From Candidatus Peribacter riflensis (GTDB taxonomy: Bacteria > Patescibacteriota > Gracilibacteria > Peribacterales > Peribacteraceae), in the NCBI GenBank assembly GCA_001430755.1, contig CP013062.1, forward strand, positions 1,080,001 through 1,112,000: a stretch of 32,000 bases of DNA, given 5' to 3'. The notes under the pieces are model-generated. The model was not told the DNA's origin and searched no databases. It saw only the letters and a program-made list of their open reading frames with translations. Below, one piece after another: positions 26,145 to 32,000 of this stretch. Numbering within the stretch: the first letter of the stretch is position 1; each line of letters opens with the position of its first letter. The translations under genes were made by a program, and so were the position numbers.

Positions 26145-26788
26145 TGCATTTCTCCCCTCAGCGCCGGCCGGGTACCACGCTCGTGGAGCTTCTGCTCTTC
26201 CTCGCCTTTTTCGCCGTGGTGGGGGGGACTGTTGTTTCCATTCTCTTCGCAACGAGCGACCAGCGTGCGCGCCAGCAGACCATCGTATCTGTGGAGCGTA
26301 CGGGACTCCAGATTCTCCAGAGCCTGCGTTGGCGCATCGAGCATGCCGAGCGCATTTTCGATCCCGCGAACGGGGCGACTGGGGCGATCCTCGCGCTGCA
26401 AATGGCATCAGAATCGGACCATCCTCTCATTGTGGGCCTCGAGGACGGTGCCTTGGTTCTGGTGCTGCGCGATACCAAGAAGACACTCACGACGGAGGGC
26501 ATGACTATTACACATTTCACGGTCCGCAATACCTCCCCCGCCAGCACACATCCGAGCGTTTTGATCTCATTCGACCTCACTCAGTCGTATCCGCTCCCTT
26601 CTGCTGCCGTTCCCGAGTACACCCGGAATTTCGAGATGCTCGTCTCGCTCCTTCCCAAAGACCACACAGTGGGTGACGACTGCGGCTGTGCAGCGCCATC
26701 ATGCCAGGGGGCCATCTATCAGTGGGAGATCTGTTCCGGGACCAGCTGTTCCGCAGCGCCGATCACTCTGCCGTGTCCTGCGCTGTAG
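26141..26788 (+). CDS. Minor pseudopilin with a Cys-rich C-terminus
   Basis: MMHFSPQRRPG/TTLVELLLFLAFFAVVGG (Gly-1, Glu+5). The last 40 aa contain 7 Cys (GDDCGCAAPSCQGAIYQWEICSGTSCSAAPITLPCPAL). Confidence 0.7.
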   Translation: MMHFSPQRRPGTTLVELLLFLAFFAVVGGTVVSILFATSDQRARQQTIVSVERTGLQILQSLRWRIEHAERIFDPANGATGAILALQMASESDHPLIVGLEDGALVLVLRDTKKTLTTEGMTITHFTVRNTSPASTHPSVLISFDLTQSYPLPSAAVPEYTRNFEMLVSLLPKDHTVGDDCGCAAPSCQGAIYQWEICSGTSCSAAPITLPCPAL

Positions 26789-26919
26789 CGATTGCAGACT
26801 CTTTTTTTTGACCGTCAATGCAATCGTCTCGTGCGGAGAGAAAAATTGTTACACTGTTGCGGAGCATTCAGAGTGGAGTGCTCCTCCTCTTCTTTTCTAT
26901 CTCTTCCCCATTTTCTTCT

Positions 26920-27366
26920 ATGAAACTTCGCCTCTCCCGAGCAGGGTTCACGCTCATTGAGCTCCTCCTCGTCATTGGGATCATCGCGATCCTCGCTTCC
27001 ATCGTCATCGTGGCCATCAACCCCACCAAGCAGATGGGTGATGCACGCAACGCACAGCGCCGCAGCGATGTGAACACCGTTCTGAACGCGGTTTATCAGT
27101 ACGCCATTGATAACAACGGCACCATGCCGGGCTGTCTGGCATCGGGTACCGGAGGAAATATCTGCGTGAAGGGCTCTTCCTGCACGGGTGTGACAGGTGG
27201 CTGCGACCTCGATTCACTCACCACGTCGTACATCGTGGATCTGCCCACAGATCCTTCTGGCGCAACGGGCAATGACACGAACTATGATGTTGCCATCACC
27301 AGCGGACGCGTAACGGTCTCGGCTCCCGAAGCCGAGCAGAGTCAGACCATCAGCGTGACACGCTAA
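26920..27366 (+). CDS. Type IV major pilin candidate (148 aa)
   Basis: MKLRLSRAG/FTLIELLLVIGIIAILASIVIVAINP is a textbook prepilin leader and N-methylation/cleavage motif. The globular part has 3 Cys. A strong terminator follows. The track start at 26818 adds 34 implausible residues. Confidence 0.85.
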   Translation: MKLRLSRAGFTLIELLLVIGIIAILASIVIVAINPTKQMGDARNAQRRSDVNTVLNAVYQYAIDNNGTMPGCLASGTGGNICVKGSSCTGVTGGCDLDSLTTSYIVDLPTDPSGATGNDTNYDVAITSGRVTVSAPEAEQSQTISVTR

Positions 27367-27390
27367 GGAGGAAGTCAGACTGTCCACTCG

Positions 27391-27434
27391 ACCCCGCATC
27401 TACTCTTTCAGGAAAGGGTGCGGGGTTTTCGTTT
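27391..27434 (+). terminator. Rho-independent terminator after the pilin gene
   Basis: accccgca (27391..27398) pairs with tgcggggt (27419..27426), followed by TTTTCGTTT. Confidence 0.7.
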
Positions 27435-27465
27435 GGAATGCGATAATTTGCGGGTGAATCGACCA

Positions 27466-27494
27466 TTGTGAGTATTATATAAATATGGTATAAT
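27466..27494 (+). promoter_or_regulatory. Sigma-70-type promoter TTGTGA-N17-TATAAT (TGg extended -10) for the histidine kinase
   Basis: -35 at 27466..27471, -10 at 27489..27494, 20 nt to the ATG at 27515. It sits in an AT-rich island and is homologous to 17694..17727. Confidence 0.55.
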
Positions 27495-27514
27495 CACTAT
27501 TCAGATACACAACT

Positions 27515-29089
27515 ATGCAGGCTCCCCTTGCTCCGCCCCGGCCGGACCCTCCGCGCACATCTGCACGTGGTGAAACGCAGCGGCGCACAGGATTCGGCAT
27601 GTCCATCTTCTGGCGCACCATGCGCCAGTTCGCGCTCCTTGCCACCTTCTCGGTCGTGCTCTTCTCGGGTGCGACGGCAATCGCCGCACGGCCGCTGCCG
27701 GCATTCCTGGGCTCGCTCTTTCTCCTGCTCGGAGTGCTGGTCTTCACGCTCGCGGTGGCGCTGGCGTACTTTCTCGCACGCGGGCTGACAGGCCCCATCG
27801 TCTCGCTCAGCCGCCGCGTGGCGCGCCTGGGGCCGGATCACTGGTCCTATCAGCCTGCAGAGAACACCACCGACGAAGTCGGCACGCTCGAAGCCGTGGT
27901 GGCGGATATGGCGCATCGTCTGGAGCGAGGCTATCTCTATCTGCAGGGTGAGGTGGAGAAGCGTACGGCGGAGCTCAAAGAGCAGTACCTCAAAGACCGG
28001 ACGATCCTCTCATCCATCCACCACGGAGTGATCGTCACCGATCCTCAGGGAAGGGTGATCGATGCCAATCCCGCAGCCGTGCAGATGATGGGGCAGAGTC
28101 GGCTCGAAGAAATCCACGGGCGTTCTGTTGTTGAGGTTCTTCGTCTCTCTCATCACCACCAGTTCCTCCCAGAGCAGGAACACCCTGTGATGCACTGTCT
28201 GAAGTCCCGCACCGAAGTCCGCCCGCACCCGCAGGAGCAGAGCAGCCTGGAGCGCCCCGATCACTCGCGCATTCCGGTCATGCTCATCGCCAGCCCCCTC
28301 CTCTCTGAAGATCAACTGCTCGGGGTGGTCGTGGTGTTCCACGACGTGACCGAGGAACGCAAACTGGACTACATGAAGTCCGAATTCATCTCTCTGGCTT
28401 CCCACCAGCTCCGTACACCCCTCTCGACGATCTCATGGTACGTGGAGCTTTTGCAGACGGATGACCGTGACAAGCTTACCGAGACGCAGAAGGCCTATGT
28501 GGACGAAATGCACGTCGCCGGCCAGCGTATGGCGCGCCTGATCGATGCCCTGTTGCATGTGTCCAGGCTGGAGGGCGGCGGGATCACGCCAATGAAGCAG
28601 AATGTCGATCTCGTCGCGTTGATCCGGGATGTAGCTGAAGACGAACGAGCGCTCGCGAAGGATCGCAAAATCAGCATGGAGCTTCGGCTGCCGTCCGGTC
28701 TGACCCTGGTCACGGATCCCACGCTGGTGCAGATCATTCTGCACAACATCATCAGCAACGCGGTGAAGTACTCCGAGGCGGGGGACTCCATCGGCATTTC
28801 CCTCTCGCAGACCGAGGAGACCGTGGCGGTCACGGTGCAGGATACGGGTGTGGGCATCCCTGAGAAGGAGCAGCGCTACCTCTTCACGCGTCTCTTCCGG
28901 GCTTCCAATGCGACGAAGGTGGATACGACGGGCAGCGGGCTCGGCCTCTACATTTCCCGCATGCTCGCAGAGCAGCTCAAAGGCAGAATTTCGTTCCTCA
29001 GTACCGAGGGGAAGGGAACGTCATTCATGCTGGAGCTGCCGTTGGAGAATCCAAAGAAGCCGGATGCCCCCTCGGCCGAGGGTTCCTGA
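27515..29089 (+). CDS. Membrane sensor histidine kinase (2 TM, HAMP-like, PAS, HisKA, HATPase_c)
   Basis: H-box SEFISLASHQLRTPLSTI, N-box IILHNIISNAVKYS, G1 VQDTGVGIPEKE, G2 GSGLGLYISR. PAS segment ILSSIHHGVIVTDPQGRVIDANPAA. Confidence 0.85.
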   Translation: MQAPLAPPRPDPPRTSARGETQRRTGFGMSIFWRTMRQFALLATFSVVLFSGATAIAARPLPAFLGSLFLLLGVLVFTLAVALAYFLARGLTGPIVSLSRRVARLGPDHWSYQPAENTTDEVGTLEAVVADMAHRLERGYLYLQGEVEKRTAELKEQYLKDRTILSSIHHGVIVTDPQGRVIDANPAAVQMMGQSRLEEIHGRSVVEVLRLSHHHQFLPEQEHPVMHCLKSRTEVRPHPQEQSSLERPDHSRIPVMLIASPLLSEDQLLGVVVVFHDVTEERKLDYMKSEFISLASHQLRTPLSTISWYVELLQTDDRDKLTETQKAYVDEMHVAGQRMARLIDALLHVSRLEGGGITPMKQNVDLVALIRDVAEDERALAKDRKISMELRLPSGLTLVTDPTLVQIILHNIISNAVKYSEAGDSIGISLSQTEETVAVTVQDTGVGIPEKEQRYLFTRLFRASNATKVDTTGSGLGLYISRMLAEQLKGRISFLSTEGKGTSFMLELPLENPKKPDAPSAEGS

Positions 29090-29112
29090 GGCACGGTCAT
29101 GAGCCCGGGGAG

Positions 29113-29555
29113 GACTTCCCCAAGGCTCATGATGATAGTTGGTCCCGCTCTTCTGTACGCCGGGTTCTGTTCCCCGCGTTATGGAACGCGGGGCGATGAT
29201 CATCTCTCTGGGACCCCGGTTACCCGGTGGCCTCGACCGCGGCCCGCAGATGCGGGACGGGTACTGTGCGGAGGAGTCGTCGGTACAGCGGAACCACTGC
29301 GTGATCCAGCGACCCAAACCCTCCTTGCTCCACCTAGAGTTTGCCAACCCCGTTTGCACGGGGCCTCGGTGCTCCGAGGCGTTTCACCCCCTTGCGGGAT
29401 CGTCTCTGTGGCACTGGTCCGTGCCCGCCTTTACCGAATATATGACGGGCAGGTGGGCGTTACCCACTAGGCGTTCCAATGGAGCCCGGACGTTCCTCTC
29501 AGGCTCCGCCCCTTACGGGGCTTCGCCGGAGCGATCATCCAAAGAGCAGGAAGTC
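29113..29555 (-). ncRNA. rnpB: RNase P RNA, bacterial type A
   Basis: The minus strand reads ...GAGAGGAACGTCCGGGCTCCATTGGAACGCCTAGTGGGTAACGCC... (compare E. coli GAGGAAAGTCCGGGCTCCATAGGGCAGGGTGCCAGGTAACGCC). It also has GGGTGAAACG, GCAAACTCTAGGTGGAGCAAGG and GAACAGAACCCGGCGTAC (compare ACAGAACCCGGCTTA). The ends pair as GGATGATCGCTC/GAGCG..ATCATC and GACTTCC/GGAAGTC. Boundaries are good to about +/-15 nt. Confidence 0.85.
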
Positions 29556-29723
29556 TTATTCTCGTCTTTGATTGCCTTTGAGACAAGGACTCCGTAGGAT
29601 TTTCTTTGTCTGATCTTTTTATAATATTTGTGGCGAAGGCGGGCTTTGCCCGCCTGGAGCCACTCCACTTAGGGAAAAGAGAGTTCATGAGAGAAAAACC
29701 GTAGGTTTGTCTCTCATGCCTAG

Positions 29724-29798
29724 GCCGCTTTAGCTCAGTGGTAGAGCAACTCACTTGTAATGAGTAGGTCCGGGGTTCAAATCCCCGAAGCGGCTCCA
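29724..29798 (+). tRNA. tRNA-Thr (anticodon UGU), CCA encoded
   Basis: Cloverleaf by hand: acceptor GCCGCTT/AAGCGGC, D arm GCTC-AGTGGTA-GAGC, anticodon arm ACTCA-CTTGTAA-TGAGT, T arm CGGGG-TTCAAAT-CCCCG, discriminator T, then CCA. Confidence 0.9.
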
Positions 29799-31060
29799 TC
29801 CGGCTCCATCCCTTTATCCCGCATGCGCATGTCTCCGCTATCGGGCTGTTGGTGATCAGCGAAATAGCCTGCTGCCGCCTGGACCGCTCTGTCATGTGTC
29901 CCAGTCACCTGTCCCATCGCATCACACGCATCGAGTACGGTCTCTTTATTGGACCAGAGCCCCAGAAGCGCCACGCGCATCTCGCGCGCAGGATCCCTTT
30001 TGCCTGCGGCAAATTCCACGCCGCCGATCTGCCTGCCCCTGACCTCTTTCACGCCGAGCAATTTCTGCCGTATCGCACGGGCGTCAGTCCCCTCCGGCGT
30101 TTCGATGACACTCACGACAGACGCTCTCTTTGCCGGTTCCACCGGATTGGTGAAACCGATCTCCTCCAGACCCGCCTCCAGAGCGCGCTGGTTGATGGCA
30201 TGTTGGTTGAACATGTGCGGCAGATTGCCGTTGGCGCGATCCATGGTCATCTGCAGCGCTTTTCCCAGCGCATAGATATTCTGCACGCCCGGGGTCGCAT
30301 GGTAGATGCCCTCGTTCCAATAGCGCATGTTGGATTCGAGATCGAGGTACAGGCTGCCGGGAGGGCATCCCTGCCGTCTCCGTTCCTGAATGCGTTCCAT
30401 GGCAAGAGGCGAGACCGTAAACGGAGCCGTTCCCGGAGGGGCATTCACTCCTTTCTGGGAGCATGCGGAGACATACGCCGCCTGCCACGCGTCGGCACAC
30501 ACCGGCGCTCCGCCCAGAGCACACACTGCATCCACGCACAGCATGACACGGTAGCGGGTTGCGATGGTGCCCAATCGGACGAGGTCTGCGCGCGGGATCT
30601 CTGTGCCCGCCGAGGTTTCGATCTGCGCGACAAACGCAGCCGAGATGCCCGCCTCTCCGTATCGGGCAATCGTTTCTTCAAAGCGATTGGGATCCACGGT
30701 CTGTCCGAATTCCGTGTTCATCTCGATGATTTCTTTGGGATATCGCCTGCTGATCATGTCGCCGATGCGCCCACTGAAGAAGCCCGAATTCACGTACAGC
30801 GCCCTGTCTCCGGGATGCACGAAATTCATCACGCCTGCCTCGTTGCCCCCCGTTCCGGAGCAGGTCAGTGCCCCCGTGTGCTTATTCTCGGTGCCCATCA
30901 ATACACGGAGCAGTTGCTGCACCTGGTGGCATTCTTCCAAAAAATCCGGGTGCGTATGATTGAGTGTTTGCCGCGCCACCGCTCCCCGCACGTCCGGATG
31001 GATGCCGCTTGGTCCTGGTGTCAGCTGCAGAGTATCGGGCGTTTTCCGTCTGTGACTCAT
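29777..31060 (-). CDS. Class-V pyridoxal-phosphate aminotransferase (serine-pyruvate / alanine-glyoxylate type)
   Basis: LTPGPSGIHPDV N-terminal motif and SACSQKGVNAPPG (PLP-Lys context). The track start at 31126 is a TTG, so I trimmed to the ATG at 31060. The last ~25 codons read through the tandem repeat and into the tRNA on the opposite strand. Confidence 0.8.
   Translation of the reverse strand: MSHRRKTPDTLQLTPGPSGIHPDVRGAVARQTLNHTHPDFLEECHQVQQLLRVLMGTENKHTGALTCSGTGGNEAGVMNFVHPGDRALYVNSGFFSGRIGDMISRRYPKEIIEMNTEFGQTVDPNRFEETIARYGEAGISAAFVAQIETSAGTEIPRADLVRLGTIATRYRVMLCVDAVCALGGAPVCADAWQAAYVSACSQKGVNAPPGTAPFTVSPLAMERIQERRRQGCPPGSLYLDLESNMRYWNEGIYHATPGVQNIYALGKALQMTMDRANGNLPHMFNQHAINQRALEAGLEEIGFTNPVEPAKRASVVSVIETPEGTDARAIRQKLLGVKEVRGRQIGGVEFAAGKRDPAREMRVALLGLWSNKETVLDACDAMGQVTGTHDRAVQAAAGYFADHQQPDSGDMRMRDKGMEPDGAASGI
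29791..29810 (+). repeat. Perfect tandem 10-nt duplication CGGCTCCATC x2 covering the tRNA 3' end
   Basis: cggctccatc (29791..29800) is immediately repeated at 29801..29810. Confidence 0.8.
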
Positions 31061-31183
31061 AGAAGAAGCGAGAAGCCCAAGTGGTGGAGAGTGGGCCAGT
31101 GTCTGTTCTTCCTCTGGGGGAGTCAAGGAATCGCGAGCTTTTAGCCCACACTGCGCATCCTCCCGTAGTACACTTCCACACCA

Positions 31184-32000
31184 GTGAAACGTTCTGAGCT
31201 CCTCTTAGGCCTCCTTCGACTCCCCGTCGATGCTCTGGCGGTCATGGCGGCGCTGTTGCTCGCCTACCGGCTGCGCGAGGCGCAGATGGATCTCATTCCC
31301 GGCGTGCAGCTTCTGGAGCCGGCAACCACGCTTCCCGCGCTCCCCTTCTACGCAGACACATTCGTGGCGCCGAGTGTGGGTGCGTTCCTCCTGCTCTCGG
31401 CGGTATTGGGTCTCTATGCGTTACGCTCGACCAAGAGCGCCTGGCGCGAAATGGGGAATGTCATGATTGCCTCGCTGCTCTGGCTCGTGGCAGTGGTCGC
31501 ATGGTTCTTCTTCGTCGAGAAGCAGCTTTTCTACTCCCGCATTCTTCTCTTTCACGCCGTCTTCTTTCTGGTGGCATTCAGCATCACCGGACGGACGACG
31601 CTCGTTCTGCTCCAGCGTTCCCTGCTCCGGCTTGGCATCGGCGTGCGCACCGTCGTGTCGGTGGGCAGGCATTCCATCACTGCTCTCGCACGCCACACAC
31701 TCGAGCATGACGCGCACTATCGGTACGTCGGGCACCTGGAGGATCTTGCCGGCCTTCGCCGTCTCTCATATGAGCCCGTGATCGATCTCGTATTGCAGAC
31801 GGATCCCAATCCGGACAGCGAAGAGACCGTGACGCTCATCGATTTCTGCCGCAGCCATCACATCGGCTACGGGTTCTTCCCTCCTGTATTCTCTGATGTT
31901 CCGCACCAACTCAGAATCGAACGGCTGGGCATGCTGCCTATGATGCGCTTTCAGCCGACGCCTCTCGATGGCTGGGGACGCGTGGTGAAGCGGGCAGGAG
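31184..32000 (+). CDS. Polyprenyl-phosphate glycosyl-phosphotransferase (WbaP/exopolysaccharide priming enzyme), N-terminal part; continues past window end
   Basis: Absent from the ORF track because it runs off the edge. The hand-translated frame opens after TAG 31166 and the first start is GTG 31184: (M)KRSELLLGLLRLPVDALAVMAALLLAYRLRE... It has 4-5 TM helices, then VRTVVSVGRHS...IDLVLQTDP, a Rossmann-like linker typical of this family. The catalytic domain would lie beyond the window. Confidence 0.55.
   Translation, partial: MKRSELLLGLLRLPVDALAVMAALLLAYRLREAQMDLIPGVQLLEPATTLPALPFYADTFVAPSVGAFLLLSAVLGLYALRSTKSAWREMGNVMIASLLWLVAVVAWFFFVEKQLFYSRILLFHAVFFLVAFSITGRTTLVLLQRSLLRLGIGVRTVVSVGRHSITALARHTLEHDAHYRYVGHLEDLAGLRRLSYEPVIDLVLQTDPNPDSEETVTLIDFCRSHHIGYGFFPPVFSDVPHQLRIERLGMLPMMRFQPTPLDGWGRVVKRAG

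Noticed and set aside
29724-29810. Integrated mobile element at tRNA-Thr
   Set aside because: Only a 10-nt tandem duplication is present. There is no integrase, no second distant att copy and no foreign-looking gene block in the window.
29849-31144. 431-aa plus-strand ORF overlapping the aminotransferase
   Set aside because: The minus frame has the PLP-lysine context SQKGVNAPPG and the TPGPSG N-terminal motif. The plus product is Arg/His-rich noise.
31230-31781. Track ORFs 31230..31466, 31467..31781 and 31421..31735
   Set aside because: They are off-frame or antisense fragments inside the WbaP-like gene. Their products are Arg/Ser/Cys-rich and non-membranous, whereas the chosen frame gives coherent TM helices.

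Overview
GC-rich bacterial chromosomal segment (my estimate by eye is 55-60% GC) with short AT-rich promoter islands. There are no rRNA genes, CRISPR arrays, transposases or integrases. Housekeeping genes: pyrB-pyrC, RNase J, smpB, recR, purH, an H+-pyrophosphatase, RNase P RNA, tRNA-Thr(UGU) and a class-V aminotransferase. Both window edges carry truncated polysaccharide genes that the ORF track misses: a MOP/Wzx-like flippase at 1..1022 (-) and a WbaP-like priming transferase at 31184..32000 (+). The main feature is a comG-like, secretin-less type IV pilus/pseudopilus locus (about 17.7-29.1 kb). Its order is receiver-only response regulator, PilB ATPase, PilC platform, a 959-aa modular pilin-like protein with an internal 181-aa domain duplication, a pseudopilin fused to LVIVD-like beta-propeller repeats, a PilX-like protein, a Cys-rich pseudopilin, a 148-aa major pilin, then a PAS histidine kinase. 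The two signalling genes that bracket the locus share a nearly identical promoter and short leader. The prepilin peptidase sits about 8 kb upstream, next to a surface protein with a sortase-type LPSSG tail. Other items are an ECF sigma/anti-sigma/secreted-protein module, a degenerate PP2C-like membrane protein, several candidate small transcription units, and pyrimidine-rich (not Shine-Dalgarno) leaders. Many 'M' starts in the ORF track are really TTG or GTG, so I trimmed several genes to the first plausible ATG. The gene content fits a monoderm or CPR/Patescibacteria-like organism, but that is inference only.
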